Shown here in pieces: positions 28,319-38,769 of a DNA stretch of 64,000 nucleotides (position 1 is its first letter; every line of letters begins with the position of its first letter). Source of the DNA: Trueperaceae bacterium (GTDB taxonomy: Bacteria; Deinococcota; Deinococci; Deinococcales; Trueperaceae); NCBI GenBank assembly GCA_965214405.1, contig OZ243956.1:3040001-3104000 (forward strand), written 5' to 3'. The position numbers and the translations under genes were made by a program. Under the pieces are notes generated by a model. The model was not told where the DNA came from. It worked only from the letters and a program-made list of their open reading frames with translations, and ran no database searches.

Positions 28319-29226
28319 ATAATATTCACGCTAGCCGAACTCCTCATGTAATTCCCTACCAGGGTAGCAAGAGGAAACTTGCTAGCGACATTCTGAAGCA
28401 AATCGATTTTGAAGTCGCGTCGCTCTATGAACCTTTTGCAGGCTCGGCGGCTGTGACTCTTGCGGCAGCCTCACGATTTATGGCTGAGCGGTATGTCATC
28501 GCAGACAAGTTGGAATCTCTAACAGACCTCTGGAAAATGATTATTAATGAGCCTGAGAGACTTATTGAAGATTACACGCACTTATGGGAGTCACAGCTTG
28601 AAGACCCACGCTCCTATTTCGACTATATACGGGATCAGTTTAATGCAGAGCCCTCCCCAGCAGCGTTGCTTTATCTCATTGCTAGATGTGTAAAAAACAG
28701 CTTGCGGTTTAACGCTGAAGGCAAATTCAACCAAAGCCCCGACAACCGCAGGTTAGGCGTGAAACCCAAGAAACTAGCGAGTGAGGTGCAGGCTACTTCA
28801 CGTCTCTTGAAAGGGAGGACAATGGTTGAGGCAGGGGATTTTCAAGCCGTTTTAGAGCACGCTTCGCCCGATGATGTAGTCTATATGGACCCTCCTTGGC
28901 AAGGAACAAGTACCAATCGTAATCCCCGCTATGCCTACCTGTTGGATATTGACAAGCTAGTAGACGAGTTAGAAAACTTGAACCAGCGCGGCGTCCCTTA
29001 TCTTTTGAGCTTTGACGGAACCTGCGGAGGTAAAGCCTACGGCAAGAGCTTACCTTCCGAACTGCGCCTAAAAAAAGTGATGCTCCACGCGGGCCGTTCT
29101 AGCCAGGCTACCCTTCTCGGGCGTTCGAAAATAACGATGGAGTCACTTTACATTTCCCCTGCATTCACAGCAAAGTCCAGCTTTGATAAGGGGAGCTACC
29201 CGCAGCAGGTAGCTTTGTTCGGTTAG
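28315..29226 (+). CDS. DNA adenine methyltransferase, Dam/D12 class
   Basis: IPYQGSKRKLA, YEPFAGSAAV and YMDPPW motifs; low GC. Confidence 0.92.
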   Translation: MNNIHASRTPHVIPYQGSKRKLASDILKQIDFEVASLYEPFAGSAAVTLAAASRFMAERYVIADKLESLTDLWKMIINEPERLIEDYTHLWESQLEDPRSYFDYIRDQFNAEPSPAALLYLIARCVKNSLRFNAEGKFNQSPDNRRLGVKPKKLASEVQATSRLLKGRTMVEAGDFQAVLEHASPDDVVYMDPPWQGTSTNRNPRYAYLLDIDKLVDELENLNQRGVPYLLSFDGTCGGKAYGKSLPSELRLKKVMLHAGRSSQATLLGRSKITMESLYISPAFTAKSSFDKGSYPQQVALFG

Positions 29227-29657
29227 AATTCAGTGCCGCTCAAAGGTCATCCAAAACATCCTTAATATAGTTTTGAATACTCTTTTGTTGCTCTTGCGCC
29301 TTGCTAGAAATGCGGTTGTAAGCTTCGACTTCGCTTCCCTGCCACATCAGGTCAATTCTTCGCTCTTCTTTCATTGCAACGTGCTGATAATCCTTTGGAA
29401 AAGCCCAATAGCAGTTTCGGCAGACATCGGGGTCTTTTAAAGTCGTGAAGTTTTCGCAGTGCTCGCACGACCATGATTTTTGTCTCTGCGCTGCTCCGCT
29501 GAGCAGCATGAACGCGTCAATATTTTCCTTGGTGGCGGTGGCCTCATCTCCGGCCACTTCATAGGGAATGCGGTGATCTATTTGCAGGTAACGAGGCTGA
29601 TAAACCTCGTTTGTTACTGCACACTTACTCCCGTAAAAAACCACAAGGTCTGTCTTA

Positions 29658-30940
29658 CAATACTCCGGACAGATTTAAGGACAAGCTAGCCCGAAGGCAA
29701 GGGCATGGTTAAAAGCGGACTGAACTTTATTGCAACTGAGGTCAAAGTCTAAGCTTGCAAAAAGTCGAGAAAGCAGTCGGTGACTGAAAGAACGGTGGAT
29801 GTAACTGCTTAAAGAGAAGACGAAAGCTTGCTCTCCCTCTTGCTGGTTTAGAAGGTCTAACTTGGCAAGATTAACAGCCGATAAAGCGGTGTTGAAATGA
29901 AAGGCAAGTGCTTTTGCATCTCTGGCTTGGCAGTCACAAAGACCTGTAAACTGTTTAGCATCCCGAAACAGGAATTCGATTTGGAAGCGTAACTTGTAAA
30001 GGTCTAGTATCTCCTTGCCGGTAAGACTCAGGTCTGTCGAAAAGAGCAAGATGTAACGAGGTTTGGCTTTGCTGGTATCGAGCAGTAGCACAACGCGAAG
30101 AAGACGTTTCAAACCAACATGCCAAAGGGTTTGCGTATAGATGTGAAGCTGCGGTTCAGTTTCGCTCTCATAAACAAACCGGCTCAGGTCTCCAAAATCA
30201 ACCTTGCCATCATAGCGTTTAGGGCGTCCTTTGCCACAGTAGGCTCCTCGGTAGAGATAGCGTAGGTTGGCGTCACAGCGTAGTTTGCCCACTACCTCAA
30301 GCTTTCCTAGAGCACACACTGTGTCAACAAACCCCTTCTTGCTGTAATAGCCGTCTACCAGCAGATAGTTGACCTCTTTAGGCAAGGTTTCAGCACAGGC
30401 TTCTACGTGTTCGGCATACTGCTCAACGCGGCTTTTCCCCGCCTTAGCCACAGTCTGCCTCGTTGAAAAAGCAAATGCCTGACGGCTGTCACGGTCAATC
30501 AAAGCCAGTTCACTAATCTCTAAGCCTTTTACTGCCCTACCTATACAGCCACTGTAAAATTTACCCAGCCCAAACGTCTGTTTCCCGCTTTTAGCTAAGT
30601 AGCTCGCGTCTAGTGCTGCCACCAGTTCGCCGCTCGTAGTACGTTGCCCTAGACAATGCAGGTTGAACATCTCGAAGTCAAAGTCTCGTCTAAAACCTCT
30701 GCGGTACGTTTTCTCATCCAGTTCGCTATGTCTGGCTAAGTTGCTGAAGTTGAGCTTGCCGTACACCAACAGCACGGTACTGAACAACTGTCTTAGAAAA
30801 TCTCGTTGCCATTTGCCTACCCCTGGCATCTTTATCAGCGCTTCGTCTATAATCTCTAGCAAGCCATCATCTGTTTGTTTCATCACACATTCAAACTAGC
30901 GTGATGGCTTCCTTCTTTTCAATACCTGTCCGAAGTATTG
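29658..30940 (-). mobile_element. Complete insertion sequence (1283 bp), IS4/IS701-like DDE type
   Basis: TIRs CAATACTCCGGACAG (29658-29672) and CTGTCCGAAGTATTG (30926-30940), 14/15 match; target duplication GTCTTA at 29652-29657 and 30941-30946. Confidence 0.95.
29675..30886 (-). CDS. DDE transposase
   Basis: ALDAS, LVDGYY and YKLRFQIEFLFRDAKQFTGL (YREK-like) motifs. Confidence 0.92.
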   Translation of the reverse strand: MMKQTDDGLLEIIDEALIKMPGVGKWQRDFLRQLFSTVLLVYGKLNFSNLARHSELDEKTYRRGFRRDFDFEMFNLHCLGQRTTSGELVAALDASYLAKSGKQTFGLGKFYSGCIGRAVKGLEISELALIDRDSRQAFAFSTRQTVAKAGKSRVEQYAEHVEACAETLPKEVNYLLVDGYYSKKGFVDTVCALGKLEVVGKLRCDANLRYLYRGAYCGKGRPKRYDGKVDFGDLSRFVYESETEPQLHIYTQTLWHVGLKRLLRVVLLLDTSKAKPRYILLFSTDLSLTGKEILDLYKLRFQIEFLFRDAKQFTGLCDCQARDAKALAFHFNTALSAVNLAKLDLLNQQEGEQAFVFSLSSYIHRSFSHRLLSRLFASLDFDLSCNKVQSAFNHALAFGLACP

Positions 30941-31304
30941 GTCTTAAACTGCTTAGAGAAAGTTTTTCTTCCTCCCAGTTTGTGCCGCTCAACCTTGGAA
31001 GGATCGCCGAATCTGTAAGCCCCAATTTTTCTACCACTGCTTCCTACAACCCTAAAGGTTTCCAGAGGTATCCCTTGTTCTCGAACATCACGAGCGGCAC
31101 GTGGAGGATGATCGTAGCCATACAACTCCTTAAGCTCTTCTGTAGTGACAGACCCGTGTTCTATAATGTGGTCAATAACGGTCTTGGGGCGTTTTGCGGT
31201 GACTTTTCTCGCTAGTTCTAAAATACCTGGATCAATCTCGGCCATGACTTAGCATTCTTACTCGAGCGGTCACAAAAGAAAAGCCGCTCTCCGAGAACTT
31301 CCGT

Positions 31305-32090
31305 TTAGGAACTCGCGCTCGTATAGTTTGCCACCGCGTAACGCCAAAACGCGTGGCTGACGAGCAGCAGCAGGAGCGCCACGCCGACGCCCCCGAGGGC
31401 CAGGGGCGGCTCGAGCCGCCCCACCGCCGCCGCCGCGGGCACGGTCGTAATAAAGGCGATGGGCACGACAAAGGTGAGCACAAAACGCGCCCAGACGGGA
31501 AAGGCCGAGACTGGAAAGCGGCCCGCCGAAAAGAACGCGTAGAAGAGTTCACTGATGTTGTCCACCTTGACGAGCCAGAACGCGGTGGTCGTGAGCATAA
31601 ACCAGATCGCGTAAACGATCGCGGCCCCGCAAAAAAGCAGCGCCAGGGTGAGGAGCACGGCGGGCACGCTCAGCGCGTCCGTCCGCACCATCCCGTAAAA
31701 AATGAGAACGAGGCCCAGCAAGAGTTCGGGCAAACGCCAAACGCTCGTGTAGCGAAACGAGACCAAAAACTGGCTGCTCACGGGCTTGAGCAAGAAGAAA
31801 TCCATGTTGCCCTTGCGGATGTATTCGGGCACCTTGTTGAGGTTGGGGTACATGAAAAGGTCGATAAACGCCTCGAAGGTCATGAACACGCCTAGCAGCG
31901 CCAGCGCCTCGGTAAACGACCAGCCGCCGACCGTCTCGGCGTTGGCAAACATCACGTACAGCACAACAAAACCCGCGCCAAAGGACAGGAGCGAGTTAAA
32001 GGCGTTCATGACGAGGTTGGCGCGGTACTCGAGCTCCAACTGCACCGAATTGGCTGCGAAAATGCGTAGCAGCCTGAAGTAGCGCGTCAC
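31305..32090 (-). CDS. ABC-2 family permease
   Basis: IRKGNMDFFLLKPVS and AGRFPVSAFP motifs. Confidence 0.88.
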   Translation of the reverse strand: MTRYFRLLRIFAANSVQLELEYRANLVMNAFNSLLSFGAGFVVLYVMFANAETVGGWSFTEALALLGVFMTFEAFIDLFMYPNLNKVPEYIRKGNMDFFLLKPVSSQFLVSFRYTSVWRLPELLLGLVLIFYGMVRTDALSVPAVLLTLALLFCGAAIVYAIWFMLTTTAFWLVKVDNISELFYAFFSAGRFPVSAFPVWARFVLTFVVPIAFITTVPAAAAVGRLEPPLALGGVGVALLLLLVSHAFWRYAVANYTSASS

Positions 32091-32668
32091 CTAAGCACCA
32101 CGACCTCGCGGTCTGGAAAGGCGGCAGGGGCTAAGTTTTCCCCCCCACCAACCGTCAACTTTTCCGTATACCCCGCTCCGGTGGGCTGGCGGTAGACTTC
32201 TACAACGTTCTCCGGCAGATTGACAATCCACACTTCGGTGATGTTGAGCCGCGCGTAAAGGTTTAGTTTCTTACCCTTGTCATAGCCCAGCGTCGTCTTG
32301 CTCACCTCGACGAGGAGCAGAACGTCGGCGGGCGTCGGGTGCGCGCTTTTGTAGAAATCGTCACGGATTTTTAAGAGGGTCACGTCTGGCTCGACAAAAT
32401 TGTGTTCAGTGAAGTACACAGGGTCCTGAACGCGTATAATGGCGTCGTTACTATACAGGCGGTAGAACTCTTTGGTGAGGTAATTCACTTCTCCTGAATG
32501 GTCGCTGCTCGGTGGCGTCATGATGTAAAGCTCCCCGTCCAGAAGTTCAACCCGTGCTTCGGGCGCGATGTGGCCTGTTTCTACAAGCGCGTAAAGTTCG
32601 TCCACGGTCAGTTTGTACCTAAGGACGCCCTCGTCTCGAGCGGGTGGAGCGGCGGGCTGTACGGTCAT
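32087..32668 (-). CDS. Uma2 family endonuclease
   Basis: RVELLDG, EPDV, LLVEVS, KLNLYA and EVWIVNL motifs. Confidence 0.92.
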   Translation of the reverse strand: MTVQPAAPPARDEGVLRYKLTVDELYALVETGHIAPEARVELLDGELYIMTPPSSDHSGEVNYLTKEFYRLYSNDAIIRVQDPVYFTEHNFVEPDVTLLKIRDDFYKSAHPTPADVLLLVEVSKTTLGYDKGKKLNLYARLNITEVWIVNLPENVVEVYRQPTGAGYTEKLTVGGGENLAPAAFPDREVVVLR

Positions 32669-32731
32669 AAAACGACGATAGCACAGGCTCTTTTAAGAAA
32701 CCTGCTCAGTAAGCAAACGTGTCTCAGGCTC

Positions 32732-33625
32732 TCACACCTTGGCAAGATGCTCGAGCCCCGCCTCATCCAAGAACCCTTGCGCTCCGCCCCGTTCGCCAAT
32801 CTTGTAGGAAGCAAAAAGGCTCGCTTTTCGCACAGCCTCGTAAGGGTCGCGCGTTTTTGCGTACACGTGGCAGAAGCACGCGAAGAGCGCGTCCCCCGCG
32901 CCTACCGTGCTCACAACCTCGCGCGTTGTGACGGCGGGAATTTCCACCATTTCGCCGCGAATCGCCATGAGCGCGCCCTTCTCGCCTCTACTAACTACGG
33001 CGACGCGGCAGGGAAAGCGCGCCTGAACCTCCGCCAGCCACGCCTCCGGCGCGCACGGCAGGCGCGCGTCGCTCATGAAAAGGATGTCGGCGGCGTTCAG
33101 GAAATCTTGGTTGTAGGGGTGCTCGAGACTCACAACCGCGTGAAGGTCGGTAGCGACGGGAACACCCAAGGTTCTGGCGCGTTGGAGGAGGGGCTTTGAA
33201 AAGTTGACGTTGCCCAGCACCGCGAGCGAGCAGCCTTTTATTGCCTCATCAAAAAGCTCGAGCGGGTACTCCTTCTCTTGCACGTCTTTGAGGTCGGTGT
33301 GAATCGCCCGGTCGCTCTTTTTATCGTAAAGAACAACGGACTGAGGGGTTTCTCGAAGCCCTTTAACAAGGTAACGAGTGGGGATGGCGTCGGCTTTCAG
33401 GGTCTCTTCGACAACCCGCCCCACCGCGTCGTTGCCAACAAACGAGGCAAACTGAACCTCATCACCCAAACGCGTCAACGCCTTTGAGACGTTGTAGCCG
33501 ACGCCTGAGACGGTGCTCTGAATGCCGAAAAAGGGATAACGCACGGGCGCGTAGGGGATTGGGAAACTTTCGACGGGGAGGGTGGTCTCGAGGTTGACAA
33601 CGCCAGAAACAAACATCTTAGCCAC
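32732..33625 (-). CDS. PfkB family carbohydrate kinase
   Basis: SGVGYNV and STVGAGDALFA motifs; start GTG 33625 or ATG 33616. Confidence 0.88.
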   Translation of the reverse strand: MAKMFVSGVVNLETTLPVESFPIPYAPVRYPFFGIQSTVSGVGYNVSKALTRLGDEVQFASFVGNDAVGRVVEETLKADAIPTRYLVKGLRETPQSVVLYDKKSDRAIHTDLKDVQEKEYPLELFDEAIKGCSLAVLGNVNFSKPLLQRARTLGVPVATDLHAVVSLEHPYNQDFLNAADILFMSDARLPCAPEAWLAEVQARFPCRVAVVSRGEKGALMAIRGEMVEIPAVTTREVVSTVGAGDALFACFCHVYAKTRDPYEAVRKASLFASYKIGERGGAQGFLDEAGLEHLAKV

Positions 33626-34431
33626 TACGCCCCCACCGCCCCGTAGCGCCTCAGCCCCCGCCGCCACATCACCAGACGCAGCAGGACGAACACGACGACC
33701 CACACGCTCTGGATTGCCAGGCCTTGCACTAAGGCCGCCCCCGTCACGTCCCCCAACATAATCTTGACGGGAAAGTCGATGAGGTAGGGAAAAGGCGTGT
33801 AGAGGATGGCCTCTCTTAAGCCAGCGGGAAAGAAGTCAATCGGGATGAGCATCCCGCTAAACACGGTGTACAAGGTGAAAATAAGCGAGCTGAGCGCGAT
33901 GGCCTGGTCCGTCCAAAAGGTGAGCAGCCCGACGCTGTAGAGCAGGTTAAAGCGAATCATCCACACCGCCGCCAACGACACCGCGAACAGCGCAACGGTA
34001 GCGGGGCGAAAGTCGAAGTTGGCCCCGGTGAGCACCACCCCCACGGCGACGATAGGAATTAGAAAAGGCAGCCTCACGACTTGCGCCCCCAGGTGATGCG
34101 CGACGTGCATCCAATAGGGGTCCAGAGGGCGCAGCAGCTTGGGCGAAAGCTCGCCCAGCCGAATCTCGCGGTCTAATTCAAAAATAACCCAGATGGCCGT
34201 GACCTGACGAATCAAGAACACGGTGAGAAAATAGGCGGCGAAGTCCTGCGGGCTGTAGCCGCCCATCGGCCCCGCGTCGGCCAGGCCCATCCAAACGAAC
34301 ATCATGATGAGGGGCAGCGACCCGGCGATCATCCAAATGATGATTTCGGCGCGGTACTCGGTCTCGATGGTGAAAGCGTAGACGAAAAGGGCTTTCGTTT
34401 TGCTCAGCGTCTTGCGGGCCGTTTGGAGCAT
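33625..34431 (-). CDS. ABC-2 family permease
   Basis: EYRAEI, IRLGELSPKLLRP and TPFPY motifs. Confidence 0.88.
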   Translation of the reverse strand: MLQTARKTLSKTKALFVYAFTIETEYRAEIIIWMIAGSLPLIMMFVWMGLADAGPMGGYSPQDFAAYFLTVFLIRQVTAIWVIFELDREIRLGELSPKLLRPLDPYWMHVAHHLGAQVVRLPFLIPIVAVGVVLTGANFDFRPATVALFAVSLAAVWMIRFNLLYSVGLLTFWTDQAIALSSLIFTLYTVFSGMLIPIDFFPAGLREAILYTPFPYLIDFPVKIMLGDVTGAALVQGLAIQSVWVVVFVLLRLVMWRRGLRRYGAVGA

Positions 34432-35412
34432 CTAAACCGCTTCCGCCCGGCGGTGAAACACCTCACCGATAATCTCTTCTACCGAGATTTCTTCAATGCT
34501 GATGTCCACCACGGGCAGCGCGTTGAGGAGCGCGGCGGAGGTGCGGGTTACTTGGGCGCGCGGCACCAGGAGTTCGGCGCGCAATTCGTCCACCGCGCGG
34601 ACCTCCCCGTAGCGCCGTAGCGCGTCCTCTGAAAGGGGCTGGCTGAACTGGAGCTTCAAGACCTTGTGCGGCGCACGTTCCTCGATCAAGCCTTTTAGGT
34701 CACCGTCGAAAATGAGCCGCCCCTGGTCGATGACTAAAATCCGCTTGGCGAGCGCGGTCACGTCGGCCATGTAGTGCGAGGTTAGCATCACCGTGGCGCC
34801 GTGGCGGGTGTTGTAGGCGGCGATAAAGGTGCGGACCGCCTCCTGCATGTTGACGTCCAGGCCAATCGTTGGCTCGTCCAAAAAGAGCACCCTGGGCGCG
34901 TGGAGGAGCGCGGCGGCGAGTTCGCATTTCATCCTTTCGCCTAGAGAGAGTTTGCGGACCTGTTTGTTGAGGATGCCTTGAAGCTCGAGCATTTCCGTAA
35001 GCTCGCCCAGCCGCTCCTTATAAACCTTGTCGGGGATTTCATAAATCGCCTGATTGACCAAAAACGAGTCCGAGGCCGCCAAGTCCCAGGCGAGCTGCTG
35101 CTTCTGGCCCATCACCAGCGTGATGGCGGTTAAAAACTCGCGCTGGCGGCGCTTGGGCGTAAAGCCCGCCACCGTCACCTCGCCCGAGGTCGGGTGGAGG
35201 AGGCCCGAGAGCATCTTGAGCGTGGTGGTCTTGCCCGCGCCGTTCGCGCCGAGAAAGCCGACCATTTCTCCGGCGGCAATCTCGAGCGTCACCCCCGCGA
35301 CCGCCTCCACCGTCTTGTACCGGCGCTTGAAAAAGGCGCGTAGTGAACCCCCAAGCCCCGCCTCTTTCTCGTGGACGCGGTAGTGCTTGCTCAAGTCGCG
35401 GACGCTAATCAC
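34432..35412 (-). CDS. ABC transporter ATP-binding protein
   Basis: GANGAGKTT, LSLGERMK and LDEPTIGLD motifs; GTG 35412 follows TATACT. Confidence 0.95.
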   Translation of the reverse strand: MISVRDLSKHYRVHEKEAGLGGSLRAFFKRRYKTVEAVAGVTLEIAAGEMVGFLGANGAGKTTTLKMLSGLLHPTSGEVTVAGFTPKRRQREFLTAITLVMGQKQQLAWDLAASDSFLVNQAIYEIPDKVYKERLGELTEMLELQGILNKQVRKLSLGERMKCELAAALLHAPRVLFLDEPTIGLDVNMQEAVRTFIAAYNTRHGATVMLTSHYMADVTALAKRILVIDQGRLIFDGDLKGLIEERAPHKVLKLQFSQPLSEDALRRYGEVRAVDELRAELLVPRAQVTRTSAALLNALPVVDISIEEISVEEIIGEVFHRRAEAV

Positions 35413-35465
35413 GCTGGCGAGTATACACCACAAAGGGGCGGGAGAGGCGTGCTGGACGGGATTAA

Positions 35466-37118
35466 TTAAAAGACTTCGGCCACGTCCGCTTCACGCTTTG
35501 AAGCCTTAATCTTTGGCACCCCGCTCACAACCTCCTCCGGAACCCGAAAATCCTCAGCGATAGTCCGAGCCGTCATCTTCGCCGACATCATCACCGAGGG
35601 CGTGCCCCCGCCCGGCTGCGCGTTCGCGCCGACCAAATAGAGGTTGCTCACGTCCTCGCTGCGGTTGTGGGGCCTGAAAAAGGCCGACTGCACGAGCACC
35701 GGCTCGACGCCGAAACCGTTGCCCAGATAGGAGTTGAGCGTCCCCTCGAAATAGTCGGGGGTAATAAAGCTCTGGTAGACAAGACGGTCCTTTAAGCCGG
35801 GAATATAGCCGCGCTCGTCCAAAAAGGTGAGAATCTTGTCCGCGAACGGCTTACCAAGTTCATCCCAATCCAGCTTGCCGCCCTTGTGCGGCACCGGGAC
35901 GAGCGTGTAGGCGGCGTGGTGGCCCGGCGGCGCGAGGCTGGGGTCGGTGAGGGTGGGGATGTGTAGGTACTGCGAAAAGTCCACGGCGAGAACCTTGCGG
36001 TCAAAGATGTCGGTCAGAAGCTCCTCGTAGCGCGGTCCCAAAATGATGTTGTGGTGGCGCAAATCAAGGTTTTGAGGCGCGCGGAAGCCGAAATAAATCA
36101 CGAAAAGAGACATTGACTGTTTGCGCGCCTTGACCACCACGTCGCGGTTCCAGAAGCGGTGTTTGGGTTCGATGAGGTTTAAGTAGGTGCTGGCATAGTC
36201 GCCGTTGGAAACGACCAAATCGGCGGTAAATGTGGTGCCGTCCGCAAGTGTCACGCCCTTGGCGACTTTTTTGCGGCCTTCCCTCGCCACCTCGATACGC
36301 GCCACCTCACTATTAAAATAAATCTCTCCGCCCAGCTCCTCAAACTTCTTGACAAACCCGTCCACCAGCGCGCCCGTGCCGCCCATCGCAAAATGGATGC
36401 CCCACGTTTTCTCGACAAAGTGAATCATCGCGTAAATCGCCGGGACCTTGAGCGGGTTGCCGCCGACCAAAAGAGGCTCGAAGGAGAACACCTGGCGCAT
36501 CTTGTCGGACTTGAAATACTTCTTGACAAACGAGAAAAGCGGGCGCACCGCGTCTAAACGCAACAAGTCGGGCACGACGCGCAGCATCGAGGGCACATCG
36601 TTAAAGTAGGTGTAGCCGAGTTCCAAAAAGCCGCGCTCGAAAATCGCCTTGGACGCCTCGTGAAACCGTTCGTACCCCTCCAAATCCTCCGGCGCGAGCC
36701 GACTTATCTGCTCCCGCGTGTGAACCGGGTCGCCGTCGTAATCGAAAAAGGTGCCGTCGTCAAAGTAGATGCGGTAGAAGGGGAGGATGGGAACGATGTC
36801 AACGTACTTTGAGGTGGCGGGGCCGCCGGAGACGCCCTTTGTTATGCGTTCGCCGGAAAGCGTGTGGGGCGGGAAGTCGGGCTGGTTAAGGGCGGCGGCG
36901 TTGCGCTCGAGCCCAAACAACTCCTCGATAAAGTGCGGCACGGTGAGAACCGTCGGCCCCATGTCAAAGGTGAAACCGTCCGCCTTTCGCACGTAAGCGC
37001 GCCCGCCGGGGCCGTCCAGCTTTTCAAGAATTGTGGTGTTGAAGCCCAGGCTTTGTAAGCGAATCCCCAACGCGAGGCCGCCGATGCCCGAACCGATGAT
37101 GATGGCTTTTTTCTGCAT
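35466..37118 (-). CDS. crtI: Phytoene desaturase
   Basis: [29 protein letters not shown] and [13 protein letters not shown] motifs. Confidence 0.9.
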   Translation of the reverse strand: MQKKAIIIGSGIGGLALGIRLQSLGFNTTILEKLDGPGGRAYVRKADGFTFDMGPTVLTVPHFIEELFGLERNAAALNQPDFPPHTLSGERITKGVSGGPATSKYVDIVPILPFYRIYFDDGTFFDYDGDPVHTREQISRLAPEDLEGYERFHEASKAIFERGFLELGYTYFNDVPSMLRVVPDLLRLDAVRPLFSFVKKYFKSDKMRQVFSFEPLLVGGNPLKVPAIYAMIHFVEKTWGIHFAMGGTGALVDGFVKKFEELGGEIYFNSEVARIEVAREGRKKVAKGVTLADGTTFTADLVVSNGDYASTYLNLIEPKHRFWNRDVVVKARKQSMSLFVIYFGFRAPQNLDLRHHNIILGPRYEELLTDIFDRKVLAVDFSQYLHIPTLTDPSLAPPGHHAAYTLVPVPHKGGKLDWDELGKPFADKILTFLDERGYIPGLKDRLVYQSFITPDYFEGTLNSYLGNGFGVEPVLVQSAFFRPHNRSEDVSNLYLVGANAQPGGGTPSVMMSAKMTARTIAEDFRVPEEVVSGVPKIKASKREADVAEVF

Positions 37119-37170
37119 ACCTCTATTATGTCCCAGACGCGCCTTTAGCTTTTGTGTGGTGTGTGCGGTT

Positions 37171-38658
37171 CTACGAGCGTATCAAACCGCTCAGTTGGTG
37201 AAAAACGTCGGGGTGGGTGAGGTCGTCCCAGGTGTGGTGGGTGTGGTGCTCGAGCCCGAAGCCCCCACGCTTGCGCGGAAACACCCAGACACCCTCCCTG
37301 GCGGCTAACACCGCCACCTTCGTTTGCAACCGCAAAGCATAAGACTTCATCTGAAAATACGCCTCTTGCAGCTCCTTATGGGTGCTGATGCTGAACTTGG
37401 CCTCCAACACCATCGCCGCGCTTTCCTCGCCGCGTTTTTGCACCGCGCCGAAGGCGTAGTCGGGGTAGACACGCTCGCCCCGGCCCATCCGCAGGGGCAT
37501 CTGCCTTATCCAGTCGCTCGGGGTGTAACCGAGCCGTTTCAAAAGAGGTTCTATAAGTTCCACCTCAACGTCGCGTTCGTCCTCAAGCCTATCGGAAGGA
37601 AGATAGGAGATGCGTTGCGGCTTGGGCAGAATTGAGACGTCCTGTCCCTTGGCGGCCATGATGTCTAGGATGGCTTCGTACTCCTCGAGGGTGAACGGTT
37701 TGCCGCTTGGCCCTTGCAGGTGAGCCTTAATCGCGCCCTTCTGTGACAGGAGCGGGTCGGTTTTCATCTCCTTAAAGGTGACGGGAGCAGTCTTAATTGG
37801 GTTACATATCCAGATGGTGCTGTGGTAGTGAAAGAAGGGGTCAATAAACCCGTCCGTCATCGCCCGCCAGATGGAATGGATGCGGCTGTGCGGCGAGACG
37901 CAGTACATGAGCAAAACATCTCCGCGCCGCGTGTCAACGTTGCCCTGCCAGAATTCCTCCGAATCTTGAGTAGCGGCCTCGAGTAATTCGAAATCCCCAT
38001 TGTTATCCGTTCCACCTGTTATGAGCCAAACTTTAGAGGGTGCGGGCAGTTCGCCTTTGTAATCTTCGGTGGTGTAAAGCGCGAAGTCGTAGAGAAAGGC
38101 GCACATCTCGATGACGCTTAGGTTGTGCCTCTTGCGAAACTCGTGAAAAGCTTCGTTGATGTAACTGTAGAGGAGCGCGCGACCTTCCTTATCGCGCTTT
38201 CCGGGGATAGGCGGGAGAGGTAAGTTGAACGTCTCGCCCACGCGCTCCAAAATATTGAATATGCTTGTGAAGCCGTAGGGGATGAAATAGTCAGGTTGGG
38301 CAAGGTGAAGCCCCAGCGACACTTCGTATATAGAAGCGGCAGTTCTTTCGGCGTCAAAGACGTCGGCTTCTCCATCGGGCCACACGATAGGGAGGCTGGA
38401 GCGAACCATTTTCTCGTATACGGTAGAAGCGTCCTCGAGGCTGTTCACCTCAACGCCCCTTACGTAGTCTCTAGCTGCTTTTACGATGCTGGCACTCTCT
38501 TCATTTAGAGGTGTCTTCGGGTCTGGTTCCAAGACGCCGAAGAAGGAGGCTGGAAAAGGGCCGTCCTTTTGTGTACTAAGCTGAGACCATAAGTCGAGAA
38601 CCTTTTGGCTCTCCTTCGACTCTTTATAAAGCTCCCAAACGAACGCGTTAAATTTCAT
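37171..38658 (-). CDS. Putative nuclease: EVE/PUA-like central domain plus HSDR_N-like PD-(D/E)XK C-terminus
   Basis: WQGN...[25 protein letters not shown]...PDY...VLEAK...[12 protein letters not shown] 38658 lies 5 nt after TACAAT. Confidence 0.65.
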   Translation of the reverse strand: MKFNAFVWELYKESKESQKVLDLWSQLSTQKDGPFPASFFGVLEPDPKTPLNEESASIVKAARDYVRGVEVNSLEDASTVYEKMVRSSLPIVWPDGEADVFDAERTAASIYEVSLGLHLAQPDYFIPYGFTSIFNILERVGETFNLPLPPIPGKRDKEGRALLYSYINEAFHEFRKRHNLSVIEMCAFLYDFALYTTEDYKGELPAPSKVWLITGGTDNNGDFELLEAATQDSEEFWQGNVDTRRGDVLLMYCVSPHSRIHSIWRAMTDGFIDPFFHYHSTIWICNPIKTAPVTFKEMKTDPLLSQKGAIKAHLQGPSGKPFTLEEYEAILDIMAAKGQDVSILPKPQRISYLPSDRLEDERDVEVELIEPLLKRLGYTPSDWIRQMPLRMGRGERVYPDYAFGAVQKRGEESAAMVLEAKFSISTHKELQEAYFQMKSYALRLQTKVAVLAAREGVWVFPRKRGGFGLEHHTHHTWDDLTHPDVFHQLSGLIRS

Positions 38659-38701
38659 GAGCCATTGTACAGGCCCGTGCGGTATGGCGTGCTCGAGCCC
38701 C

Positions 38702-38735
38702 AAAAACCGCGCCCTCCACATCTAAAGGAGGGCGC
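38702..38735 (-). terminator. Rho-independent terminator (minus strand)
   Basis: Stem GCGCCCTCC/GGAGGGCGC then GGTTTTT on the minus strand. Confidence 0.6.
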
Positions 38736-38769
38736 AAGCATCTTCAAAGTCAAAGCACATCTAACAGGT

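Larger units (their letters stand above)
29240..31245 (-). pseudogene. HNH type II restriction endonuclease (SphI-like), interrupted by an IS
   Basis: N-part GYDHPPRAARDV; C-part QIDHRIP and KSWSCEHC...CRNCYW. Removing the IS and one target copy restores FSKQFKTDLVVFYGSKC in a 238-aa frame. The SphI likeness is from memory. Confidence 0.85.

Noticed and set aside
28315..29226. This MTase as the cause of CTCGAG enrichment
   Set aside because: The islet lacks CTCGAG, looks recently acquired, and its context points to GCATGC.
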